Source: Paramoeba atlantica
Lineage: Eukaryota > Protista > Discosea
Reading direction: 5' to 3'
NCBI GenBank assembly: GCA_977017575.1
Contig: CDRNVI010000021.1
Location: forward strand, 558,001 to 622,000
Length of the DNA stretch: 64,000 nt
Part shown: one piece after another, positions 32,877 to 43,376 of the stretch
Numbering within the stretch: position 1 is the first letter of the stretch
Layout of the letters: each line of letters opens with the position of its first letter
Notes under the pieces: generated by a model
The model's input: the letters and a program-made list of their open reading frames with translations, nothing else
What the model was told of the DNA's origin: nothing
Databases searched by the model: none
Program-made: the position numbers and the translations under genes

Positions 32877-34250
32877 GGTTAAACTGAACCAATATTCGGT
32901 TAAACTGAACCAATATTCGGTTAAACTGAACCAATATTCGGTTAAACTGAACCAATATTCGCAAATTTATGAATTTTCAAAATTTCACGTCCCTTTTTGC
33001 TTACACTTTAAACTTTTCTCCACTTAAACTTGATTACTTCTTACAAATGGAGGCATACGCAGTGCTCCTTCAAATTTCGCAAGACTTGAAGCAGTGTATC
33101 ACCCCCATTGCACTTCAAACTTCCGGTGCATACCTCTGCGTATGCTTGTATTCGATCCCCCCTCTTCTCCAACTTTCGACCTAGAACATTGCCGTCCCGC
33201 TTTAGACGCTTCTTGACCATGGAGTTCGCGCACTCCACAGTATTAGTGTGCACACCTTCATTCGTAACCCACTGTCTCTTGTGGTTTACACTTTCCTACT
33301 TATATTTGCCGCGGAGAGACAAATTATGGCGGGCACCATCAGTCCAAATTTTTGTACGACTTCCCGAAGCTAGATTCTGGATGTTCGGAAGAAGGCTCTG
33401 AGATGTTCGATTTGGAACAGATTCCATGAGAATTTCAGATAATTTGTTGTCCCTCGTTGTGACCGCTATCGTCTGAGCAATTTGATTACCATCTTGGCGA
33501 ACACGTTTTGCTCGATGGCAACCGCCCCTCTTTCGGACAGAAAAAAAGTTTCATCGCATTGCATTGTGGTCACCTTGGATCGCAGTCGAACTCGTCGGCG
33601 TATATGCGCTGTGGCCATGAGGGAATCCAGCCATTGACGCAATTTAATCACCGTTTTTTCGCTTAACTCCGTTTCCGCCACTGAAGACGCATGGCTCCCA
33701 CCCCTAGAGTACAAAACGATGTACAGGAGAGTCTGTTTAGCGCTTCGCTGGCTCTTGCTGGGCAACAGCGGCCCCATAGCTCCGTACCTCCCTTTACAAT
33801 GCTTGGTGCAGACCCATTTATTCCCGACTAATGCCATGGTGTGCGGAGCTCTGTGATTTTTCTTGTAGCAAATAACTTTCTGCGCCACTAGAGAGTGGTT
33901 TTTCATCCAATCCAGACATTGATTCTCACTCCAGGAAGAAATTCTTCTGATCGTAAGTTTCGAACGGCACGAGAACCCACCGCACCCAGTGCACGTCATT
34001 AAAAAGTGAGAAGAGCAATAAACAAGTACTAATGGATTCAAAAAACACAATGCTTATAAAATTAATGTGAGAAATGTGATGTGTTAAAGGTGAGAAGAGC
34101 AATAAACAAGTACTAATGGATTCAAAAAACACAATGCTTATAAAATTAATGTGCAGAACCATGATTCAGAATAAAAGAAAGGAGCGATAAAACGTTCAGG
34201 TAAAAATTTTGCCAGATTGAGAAAAGTGCGAATATTGGTTCAGTTTCACC
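32877..34250 (-). mobile_element. Merlin (IS1016/ISXO2-like) DNA transposon, decayed
   Basis: 8-bp TSD GTTACTTC (32869-76 / 34251-58). GG-initiated TIR whose 21-bp unit is repeated 4 times on the left. ~84-bp internal duplication at 34003-34155. Confidence 0.9.
33041..33999 (-). pseudogene. Merlin DDE transposase (frameshift at A7 33541-47; stop at 33296-98)
   Basis: CDETFF...VPNRTSQSL...IWTDG...VNH...GVHTNTVE, with an N-terminal Cys/His cluster. Confidence 0.85.
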
Positions 34251-34463
34251 GTTACTTCTATAGAACGTACGTCCTCATTCCTTTTCTTTTGCTCAGTGCT
34301 AGTGGGCCCATGGCGTCCGGAAACGTTATCATCTGCACAGCGAGAATCATAGGATAAGAAATATAGAATTTATAGAAACATCAAAAGGCTATTGCTGTGA
34401 ATATCTCCTATCATGTTTTATTACTGCTAAACTAATTATTAAATTTCTTTGTCTTAACATATC

Positions 34464-34628
34464 ATGCCCGGAAGACTGGGTAAGCAGCGCAAAGGTCGCA
34501 AAAGAAATCTTCGTCGTACCGTCACCAAGCTTCACAAGAAGGTTAAAGACACAAATAGTGAGGTTTCTAAAGTGCGACAGAAACTTCTTGATGCTGCTCT
34601 ATCTTCGAATCAACCATGTATGAATTAA
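34464..34628 (+). CDS. Small basic ORF (54 aa), below the ORF-track cutoff
   Basis: MPGRLGKQRKGRKRNLRRTVTKLHKKVK..., on the cluster strand after a T-rich tract. Confidence 0.35.
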   Translation: MPGRLGKQRKGRKRNLRRTVTKLHKKVKDTNSEVSKVRQKLLDAALSSNQPCMN

Positions 34629-34995
34629 TATTGTGCGTATTGATCAGACAGTAGAGCGAATCGATTGGCTAGAAAAACTCTTTGGTATGTTTTTTAATAC
34701 GAAGAAGAATGTTTTTTCGTGAAATGCCACACGTGAATTAGCAACAACCAGCTGAATGCTTCACACGGAGCGAAAATGTATTCTGGCTTACTGTTTTGCA
34801 TTAGTTTTCTTTAGTACTCATATTTAAAGTTGCTGACAGATTTTCTTTTTACACGCACATTCTATGCAGCTCGTGCTGCTGGATTACCTTTGACTTATCT
34901 TACTCTTGACTTGGGTTATCTTTGATTTGTCTGATGTTGAAAAACATCAGATTATTCATTGAAGACATATTTTTTTACCGGTATCTGTTTTGCAA

Positions 34996-35472
34996 ATGCC
35001 TTCCTGGTACACCGGTCCTTTACGCAAGCACAACAGGGTTAATATCACTCGCCACATGGAAAAATACTTTGATGGCCCAAAGCGTATTGAACGAAATCGT
35101 CGTACTATGTGTGATGCTAAGTATCAAAAATATCACCGTTTACATAGTGTGGGAGATGGGGTTGACGTCCGCCGCACATGGCAAGAAGCCACAGATGGAT
35201 CCCGCAATTCTCTTGACTATTTGCCTGTTCGTTCCCCATTGCAACATTTACCCACTCATACAAGCCGCCTTCAAACGAGTGAAAGGCGAACTCCATTGTT
35301 CCGCTTATATGATAACAAAAAACTTTTGCCTTTCAAGAGAGCAGACCCTATTCGAGCAGTGCAACAAGTTCAACAAATCAAGCACTGCTTGCTCACTAAG
35401 CCTCATCCACAAATACCCTCTCGCATGCTTGACGATCCTTCTCGATTTTTCAGACGTCGAACTATTTCTTGA
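34996..35472 (+). CDS. Hypothetical basic protein, possibly mitochondrial
   Basis: 158-aa R/K-rich ORF. Localisation is a guess. Confidence 0.5.
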   Translation: MPSWYTGPLRKHNRVNITRHMEKYFDGPKRIERNRRTMCDAKYQKYHRLHSVGDGVDVRRTWQEATDGSRNSLDYLPVRSPLQHLPTHTSRLQTSERRTPLFRLYDNKKLLPFKRADPIRAVQQVQQIKHCLLTKPHPQIPSRMLDDPSRFFRRRTIS

Positions 35473-36451
35473 AATATTTTCGTACGTTTTCCGACAAAAT
35501 GTAAAGCATTTTTTGTCTTATACAGTGTTATGGAACGTCTTTTAATCTTCCTTGCTCTACCGTTTATTATGTGTTCACTCATAAATAATACACGAATCGA
35601 TATGAGGCTTTTGGGTCGAATGCGGTTGTATGAGTGTTTATGTTCAAAAGGCTTAAAAACATTGGCAAACAGGTATCCCCCTCAACTCTAGGCTAGAGTT
35701 GCCCGCTTATTAGAGTCGGTTTTGGGGGGAAAAACAGCGGCGCATGGTCTTAAGCGCGTCCCACATGTTGGTATACAAGCTTACAATTCGCTAAACAATG
35801 GAGAGGGTCCCTCTCTCTCTCTCGTTGCTGCTAAAACCGTATATGACCAATTGTCAGTACACGAGATCAGAGCAATGCTGCCAATTCATGCACGAAATAT
35901 AGAATAAGATCGAACAAATCGCAGATTTGTTCTAAAATAATGACCCCCGTTCTAAAATAATGAAACTATTCCCCAGAGAGCTACGTCAATCTATTTTAAG
36001 TAATTTAAAAACGTACTTTCGGGGAACAGTGCTGAGAGGACCGGAAAAATGCTTTTAATTCGATTCCGAAAGTTTTTAACTATTTTTCCTGAGTTATGCT
36101 CCACTAGAGGAACATTTTCCGCACATTGTCTTCCTAAAATATGAACAATGCATCTACATGGAACAGTTTCAAAAAGGCAAGAACGGGGGTGTAGTAACTT
36201 TGATTCGCCATTAGGTCAAAAACAATTATTATAATCATATTTATAAATAGTCTAATTGGTGGGATTGAACAAATAATGTACACTTTCAACCAGTTCCCTT
36301 TCACCAACCATTTTCATGTTCTCATCCGTTTGAACACTTTATTCTTCACCATAACATAATCTTATTCCATGGGTGACACTTCTGTCCTACATATTTGCAA
36401 ATACAACTATATTTTTCTGCACTTCATTTTTTGAGGAATTCGTCCATTTTG

Positions 36452-37414
36452 ATGAAGCTTACAAGAGAAGACCTTCCCAAGGGTCAAGGTTGCTGTATTG
36501 AGGAGTCATCATTTACTACGTTGTTCCCTTCCTACTTAGAGTCACATCTCCGTTCTCTGTGGAATGAAGCTCAGAATGTCCTTCGTGCTTGCGAAATTAG
36601 GGGCGAACTAAATCTTATAGAGGGCTCCATGACAGTAAAAACCACACGTAAAACTTTCGACCCTCTTGCAATATTACAGGCCAGAGATTTCATTCGTTTA
36701 CTTGCTCGTAGCGTACCCCTCTCGCAGGCCCAGAATATATTTCGCGACGAAATGTCCTATGATATAATAAAGATTGGCAATCTTGTACACAACACACAAA
36801 GATTTGTGAAGCGTCGAGACAGGCTCGTGGGACCCAATGGTCAAACGCTTCGCACCTTAGAAATCTTGACAGAGTGTTATGTTTTTGTTCAAGGAAAAAC
36901 TGTGTCTGTGATGGGTCCTGAAAAAGGGATTAAGCAAGTTCGTCGCATTGTTTTGGATACGATGCGGAACATCCATCCTGTGTATGGTCTCAAACGCCTG
37001 ATGATCTTGAAAGAATTATCTTCTAGGGAGGATTTAGCTCACGAGGACTGGTCAAGGTTTCTCCCTACGTACCGGAAAGCCCATCAAAAGAAAACAAAAC
37101 ATCCGAAGAGTGTAGACGACAATACCGATAAGCCGGACGCGGAAGGTCCTGGCGCAAAAGTAAGGCGCAAGCGAGAAAAGAGGAAATTTGAAGAGCGCAC
37201 AACTTTTCCACCATTACCACAACCTCGCAAGGAAGATATTGCCATGGAAACAGGACAAGCATTTCTTGCCCCAGAAAGAAGAAAGAGGAGAAAAAAGAAA
37301 CGTGATACGGAGGCGACAGAAGAATATGTGGACACGAAGACGCCCGTACCATGGTACAATGAACACACAGGTAAAATGGTGGAAGATGAAGACATTCCAG
37401 ATGATGAGGTTTAG
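36452..37414 (+). CDS. KRR1: SSU processome KH-domain protein Krr1
   Basis: EESSFTTLFPSY, EGSMTVKTTRKTFDP, RFVKRRDRLVGPNG and EDWSRFLP. Confidence 0.95.
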   Translation: MKLTREDLPKGQGCCIEESSFTTLFPSYLESHLRSLWNEAQNVLRACEIRGELNLIEGSMTVKTTRKTFDPLAILQARDFIRLLARSVPLSQAQNIFRDEMSYDIIKIGNLVHNTQRFVKRRDRLVGPNGQTLRTLEILTECYVFVQGKTVSVMGPEKGIKQVRRIVLDTMRNIHPVYGLKRLMILKELSSREDLAHEDWSRFLPTYRKAHQKKTKHPKSVDDNTDKPDAEGPGAKVRRKREKRKFEERTTFPPLPQPRKEDIAMETGQAFLAPERRKRRKKKRDTEATEEYVDTKTPVPWYNEHTGKMVEDEDIPDDEV

Positions 37415-37838
37415 TGCGATGCGCTATTTCACATAGTAATTGATGTTTCCGTTTCAATACGCTTGATGTCCTTTTTTACGACTATTAGATTGTACAATAC
37501 AACTTCGATTGACCTCGATTGAATTTTTGCATACGTACGCAATACTATCCTCCGCGGTAAAAGAGTGGAGGAAGGCGGGTGTCCGCTAATTATATTGTAT
37601 GAATTTGTTTTACGCAATATGTATGATTATTTTTTACTTTTTCAAAGTAGAACACTAGCATGTTTTTTGGCGCACTCATTGAATGAAAACTGCTGTGAAA
37701 CGTCGTCGGGTCACCTTATAAATTAATTTTCGAAGTTAGCTTTACTTTTGAAAAAGTGGGGTTTCCGAAACCTATGAAATGAACTATATTCGCGTACTGT
37801 GCTTTTGAAACTGTGAAGAAGTCCAATCCAACAATGTG

Positions 37839-38921
37839 ATGCAGTTCCCGACCACAAACGTATGGCGTCATATCGAAGCTAAAATAAAGAATCTGTCGCT
37901 TTCTGAACTACGTTTTCCTTTATCCCACGATTGTCATGTACAAAGCCGGAAAACTCATACTAACATGAACTTAAGGCATGAAAATAAATCTTCTGGAGCT
38001 AAAAGGCACCCACAATATGTACTATGTGGATTGGAGTACAGTGAGTGCAAATCGTCGAATTCAGAATTTCAGTTCTCGGTCGATTCGAAGTCGTTAAAAA
38101 CTCCGCACCTGCACTCGGATGTTTCCGCAAGAAATTTTCTCTTTGGCATTAATCATTCATTGCACAAAGCTATCAATGAGCACTATTCCAAAACAGAACG
38201 CAAATTCTCAAAATTTTCAATGCGAGAGTCAACAAATTATGCTTCCGAGAACTTTATCACAAATTCCATTCTTCGCGGTATACTAAAAGGCTGTGCTGAA
38301 CAGAATGCTTTAGGATCTCTTGCCGCAGCGGGAATACCCTACTCGCATATTCGGGCGATGTATATTGTGGTCTTGAATAATCGTATTCCTCAACAAGACT
38401 ATTCTTGTACATGTCAATCCGGGTTTTCTTCATTTCTAGGGGATCTTTATTCGTCATTCATTGGTAATTCTTCAGTTTCCAACAAACTGTTCCTATGGAA
38501 TCAGAAGAAGTGGGGAATGAAACACGCAGATGTAGTTCTTGAAACAATGGCGATCTACGTTCCGTGTCAGCCATGCCTTCGGTATTTGAAGATTGTATCA
38601 AAATACGTAGAAATGAGGAAATACAATCTTGGTCGACAAAATACACATTGTATGAAACGGTTTCAGTCTTCAAATTCGACATTCACAGCATCTTCTTTGC
38701 AAAGGCGTGTGCGTCGAGTTTTTCCACGGCTTCCCCGAACTCGATGGAAGCAGAAAAACGAGCTCTTCAGCGAATTTTCCCTTCATGACTTTTATGGTCG
38801 CGATGCGTCGCTCACACCCTCGTTACCAGTATTTGTAACTCGAGATCCTGAATTGCGTGTAGTTCATCGTGTCACGTGGGAAAGGAGAGTAGTTCCTCGC
38901 ACCGGTATAGAAGTCAACTAG
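37839..38921 (+). CDS. Cytidine-deaminase-fold protein
   Basis: Zinc motifs GCAEQNAL (CxE) and VPCQPC (PCxxC), unusually far apart. Confidence 0.6.
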   Translation: MQFPTTNVWRHIEAKIKNLSLSELRFPLSHDCHVQSRKTHTNMNLRHENKSSGAKRHPQYVLCGLEYSECKSSNSEFQFSVDSKSLKTPHLHSDVSARNFLFGINHSLHKAINEHYSKTERKFSKFSMRESTNYASENFITNSILRGILKGCAEQNALGSLAAAGIPYSHIRAMYIVVLNNRIPQQDYSCTCQSGFSSFLGDLYSSFIGNSSVSNKLFLWNQKKWGMKHADVVLETMAIYVPCQPCLRYLKIVSKYVEMRKYNLGRQNTHCMKRFQSSNSTFTASSLQRRVRRVFPRLPRTRWKQKNELFSEFSLHDFYGRDASLTPSLPVFVTRDPELRVVHRVTWERRVVPRTGIEVN

Positions 38922-39126
38922 CTCACACAGAGTAAACATAAGCCGAGTTACACCATTCAGCCTTCTCTGAAGGATATTGCGTCGGTGCTTGGGTTAGTTA
39001 TCCTATAATTGTAGTAGTCATTCAAAAAAGAGAATTTACGTTGGATAGAATACAGAATACATGAGGATAATTCAACGCTTCGTGTATCGTCCTATTTTTA
39101 TTTAATTTTAGATTTTTGTCGCCTTT

Positions 39127-39681
39127 ATGAAGCGTGCAGCTCCACTTCGACAAAGTTTTACCGCCCGTCACGCGGGCTACTACTTAGAGGACAACGAAAA
39201 TTACTACACGGCAAAACTGTACTACCATCCCCAAGAATGGAAACGAAAAGTAGCTGGCCTGGAACTGATCCGAGCAAGGTACTGGTTGTACCGTATGAGG
39301 CAAACTTCCAGCGCTTTCCACAATCAGGGTCTTCATCCAACTTATGGAACTGGTCCTTTTGAGCACGAGTTACAGCGTCGAGGTATTCCGATACACAAAT
39401 ACACACTACCGACCACCACGGGCATCAAGCGCGTCCACGATATGACTGTACTGCGACGCCTAGAGCTTGAGAAACAATCTCAAGAGGCTTTACAAAAAGC
39501 TCGTGCGGGTCTGAGGCAGCCCCGCCCAAGCTCTTGGTACGACGAATCGAAAGGACCGCTAAATCCTCACTTTTTGGAAAGAATGGCGTCACATTATACT
39601 GAAGTCGATATTACTCTTCTTCCTGTTACACCGTACATTCCATCGAAGGAGTCAAACGCACAAGTACAGTCTTTAAAATAA
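39127..39681 (+). CDS. Hypothetical protein, likely mitochondrial (mitoribosome-like)
   Basis: Basic presequence-like N-terminus and a W/Y/R-rich body. Family not firmly recognised. Confidence 0.5.
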   Translation: MKRAAPLRQSFTARHAGYYLEDNENYYTAKLYYHPQEWKRKVAGLELIRARYWLYRMRQTSSAFHNQGLHPTYGTGPFEHELQRRGIPIHKYTLPTTTGIKRVHDMTVLRRLELEKQSQEALQKARAGLRQPRPSSWYDESKGPLNPHFLERMASHYTEVDITLLPVTPYIPSKESNAQVQSLK

Positions 39682-39973
39682 AATTTGTCTTACTCTTGAG
39701 GTACTGACTAAATCATTTCTCCTAATTTTGAAGTCTGACTTTCCGGATTTGAATATGAACTACTCAACATTAGAACGTAGTCGGTATTAGAGCTATTTAA
39801 GCAAACTTGTATAATCGCGCCAAAATCCATGTCAAAAATAGGTGTCAAAAATAAAAGTACAAAAAGAGTATGTTCCTTGAACTTTCTAAGAAATTTATAC
39901 CGTTCTTCGGGCCCCTGGAAAGAAATAGTATTTAGTAAATATTATTTTTGCCACGTCAAAGAATACGTCACGC

Positions 39974-40792
39974 ATGACTCATACCGTTTCGAAGATGTCT
40001 ACCAAACACTCCTCCTTGGTTTTTATTCCAGCTGCGGACGACCAACCACGCTCTCGACCAGCCAAAGTACGGCGTGGGATTTCCCTCTCACCGGAGTACG
40101 AACTTTCACGACTCGTGGAAAACGTAACCAATCATCACCCTACATGGGGAGTCGACACCCCCGCGTTTAGCTGGAAGGGAGTTCACTGCGATGAGAATGG
40201 TACGGTTGTGACCATTACGTGGCCACAGATGCACTTGTTGGGTTCTCCGGGGACACTTCGTGGCACACTGGAGTGGTCGTTCATTCCCGCTACCGTACAC
40301 ACGTTGAACGTCGCGAAGAATAATCTCGAGGGGGGAGTACAACTCGAAGCGTTGCCACAGAGGCTTGAAACTTTGCAAGTCCACACAAATCGCTTTTCCG
40401 GGTCACTGAATCTTTGTGCGCTTCCTGTTGTTATGACTGCGTTCCATGCCCAGGTCAACTATTTTTCGGGACCGATAGATCTTACCCGACTTCCGGATGA
40501 GCTTCGCACCGTTTATCTTTTTCAAAACGAGCTGGAAGGCGAAATATGTCTGAGTGCTCTTCCTGCAAAGCTTAATGCGTTGCGTCTCTCAAAAAATCGC
40601 TTTAGTGGGGAAATTGATATCCGTTCTTTGACTTCTTCACTACGTTCCCTTAGTCTTTCTGGAAATCAATTTACGAAAGTTGTAGGACTCGAAGGTTTGA
40701 AGTCCGGTACGATGACGGACTTGGATTTGCGAGATAATAAGTTAACAGACATTTATTCTGGCGACTTACCAAGATTCGTTCACATACACTGA
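39974..40792 (+). CDS. Leucine-rich repeat protein (paralog 3)
   Basis: FSWKGVHC cap and about 6 LRRs. Confidence 0.85.
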   Translation: MTHTVSKMSTKHSSLVFIPAADDQPRSRPAKVRRGISLSPEYELSRLVENVTNHHPTWGVDTPAFSWKGVHCDENGTVVTITWPQMHLLGSPGTLRGTLEWSFIPATVHTLNVAKNNLEGGVQLEALPQRLETLQVHTNRFSGSLNLCALPVVMTAFHAQVNYFSGPIDLTRLPDELRTVYLFQNELEGEICLSALPAKLNALRLSKNRFSGEIDIRSLTSSLRSLSLSGNQFTKVVGLEGLKSGTMTDLDLRDNKLTDIYSGDLPRFVHIH

Positions 40793-41351
40793 GCGAAACG
40801 CTCTATACGCTCTATATGCATAGTGAACAATTTTGATACAAGAAATAAAAGAAAGCAGGGTATACAGCAGGGTAATCTGAAATTGGTAATAATCGATGTG
40901 TATGTAATTTTTGTGATTTCAATATGTGTTTTGGGGTCTTGATATCGCTTTCACAAGCTCTTGCACAGATCTTTGCATGAAATTGGTAGCTCTAGTTTCA
41001 TCGAACGATGAAAGAATCAAATTAAAAGCTCTCGCGGTGCTCTTTGTAGTCTGTAATGGGGTAAAATACGGTAGTGCATTGAAATTTGTTTACTTCACTT
41101 TATCCTGAACTAAAAAAGCATACCCAAGAATGTATACAGTACATATGTAGAAGTAAGTACTACACCCCCCTACATAATTGTCACCCCCCACCCCCCCTAC
41201 TTATTTGTCATTTCTGGGAATGACAAAACTTCGGGGAAGTTTCATAAATTTTTATTTAGGAAAAATTAATTAGCGGGGGTACACATCCCACGCGCTTTCA
41301 ACCAGCGTCTAGCTCAAGGCCCGGATGTTCAACTCCAGTGCACCACCTCAT

Positions 41352-42736
41352 TGTCAATTCCAGCGCACCACTTTTTTCACCATAGTCGACCGTCATTCCT
41401 TTCTTCTGCGCCTCACCATAGTTGAACATCGTTCTTTTTTCCTTTCAACATAAAAACTTATCCAGAGTATTTAAAGAAAGCGTAGTACAAGTGTAAGATC
41501 TGAGTAAGAAACTTTATTAGACAAGAATTTCTTCACCTTTGCAAAATTCTTAAATTTATTGTCATTAAATTTCCAACACTAACAGACTAACTTTACAAGC
41601 TTTCTCACGTACCTTTGCTTACTTAGCTCCTTTTACTTACGCAGTTCATTCACAAAATCCATTGGAGAACGATCATTTAATAATTTCCGAGGACGAGTGT
41701 TCAATTCCAATGCTGTTTTGTTTAATTCACTTTGGTTCAAATTCTCAAAAGATTCGGTTTTCTGATGGAATTGTCGGATCAAACCGTTTACATGTTCCAC
41801 AGACCCTTTCTCCCACGAATGATACGGAGCGCAAAAGAAAGACTTGCATTTTAATTTTTTGTTTACTTCTTCATGGTGCCAGAATTCTGTTCCGTTGTCA
41901 TATGTGATTGTTTGAACCTTGTAATTTTTTAACCCGTCTACAATTTGTTTGCTTACCCCCTTCGCGTGCTTAGATTCCAACTTGCGAAGAACAAGGAAGC
42001 GACTCTTACGCTCGCACAGGGTAAGAATATATCCAGTATGTCCTCGACCCTCGACCAAGTCTGCTTCCCAATCTCCGTAGCGCCGACGCTTATTAACAAT
42101 TTCTGGTCGATTTTCAAGTGGCGTTCGGTTGGGAATCGCGCTGCGATCAGGTCTGGTGCGACGACGGTATGGTCTCTTTCGCCGGATCCGCAAATGGGTG
42201 TACAACTTGCCGCCTAAGGACGCGTTGCGACGAATATGGCGATATATGGTAGAAGTCGAGGCGGTACGACAGCTACGGATCGTATTTGCAATCTGTTCCG
42301 GGCTGTGCTTCTTTTGAAGTCGAGAGCTGACTTCCTCTTCCAAAAGGCCTTGAATCTGGTGAGGCTTGACCTTTTTACACGAGAGACGTCTTTTCGAAAT
42401 GCGCTGTGCCCTCGTCCCCTCATAGCGCTGACCCCTTCTTGCATTACGAGCCAACTCGCGACAAACAGTGCTGTGACTTTTGCCAATTATGCGAGCTATG
42501 CTTCGCCGACTCTCGCCAGATGTAAAGAGTGATTGAACACGATTACGATCGTAATGACTGAGTCTTGAATAATGGCGCATTTGTAGTGTAGATCCGAAGG
42601 ATATTATAAAATAATACTTCTTTAAATAATTGATGGTGCATTGGAAATGAGAATACAGTTTTTAAGAAAAAGTGGTGCACTGGAAATGATAAGAAAATTA
42701 TTTTTTGGGAAAAAAAGTGGTGCGTTGGTGTTGACA
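41352..42736 (-). mobile_element. IS30-family insertion sequence (1385 bp)
   Basis: IRs TGTCAATTCCAGCGCACCACTTTTTT and TGTCAACACCAACGCACCACTTTTTT (23/26 identical), with AT duplicated at 41350-51 and 42737-38. Confidence 0.85.
41633..42580 (-). CDS. IS30-family DDE transposase, intact (315 aa)
   Basis: HTH (IARIIGKSHSTVCRELARN), GDWEADLV, ITYDNGTEF, PYHSWEKGSVE, and LNTRPRKLL. Confidence 0.95.
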   Translation of the reverse strand: MRHYSRLSHYDRNRVQSLFTSGESRRSIARIIGKSHSTVCRELARNARRGQRYEGTRAQRISKRRLSCKKVKPHQIQGLLEEEVSSRLQKKHSPEQIANTIRSCRTASTSTIYRHIRRNASLGGKLYTHLRIRRKRPYRRRTRPDRSAIPNRTPLENRPEIVNKRRRYGDWEADLVEGRGHTGYILTLCERKSRFLVLRKLESKHAKGVSKQIVDGLKNYKVQTITYDNGTEFWHHEEVNKKLKCKSFFCAPYHSWEKGSVEHVNGLIRQFHQKTESFENLNQSELNKTALELNTRPRKLLNDRSPMDFVNELRK

Positions 42737-43376
42737 ATCCGCCAGGTGCTTGCGTGTATGACACATGTAAAGTATCCGGGGCATCATACGGGAGTGAAAG
42801 TCTTCATCTGGGGGGGGGTCTAAAATTCGTAAAAATTGTGCAAATTTGAAAAAGAATGGCACGTTCGAAATCTCTCGCTGAACAAATCAAGTAAGACCAA
42901 AAGACGCCGTAGCATTTCTTTTCTTTTTGCAGTAGTGCCATGATACACTGTTTCACTGCTTTCTTTCATTGCTTTTTTCCTAATCGGGGGTAGAGTACTT
43001 TTAGCGGGCTAAAATCACCAATAAATATCTACAGTAGACGTGTATTAGAAGCAATTTTCTCTTTCTTTCTCCGATTGCTCTGCATGATGATTTTTATGGA
43101 AGGCAAGAAACATGAGTTTCTAATGACTTCAATACACTATGCACCACGCTGATTCTTTTCAAAACACATGGTGTAGATTTATTATTTTTGCGATTTTCTG
43201 TGCTGATATAACTACGGGTTAAAGTATTATGAAAATCACCTACGATACGTACACAGAAACGCGGCGAGCGTGTATCAATTTTTATGCTGCTTACTGTTTT
43301 CCTCAATCCTGTAGTACTCAATCCTGTATTTTGAACTAATCTAAAGACTTTTTTTTAGCATTATTGATCTACAAGT

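Noticed and set aside
32877-32960. Four identical 21-bp direct repeats (CRISPR-like at first glance)
   Set aside because: No spacers and no cas genes. They are the tandem left TIR of the Merlin element.
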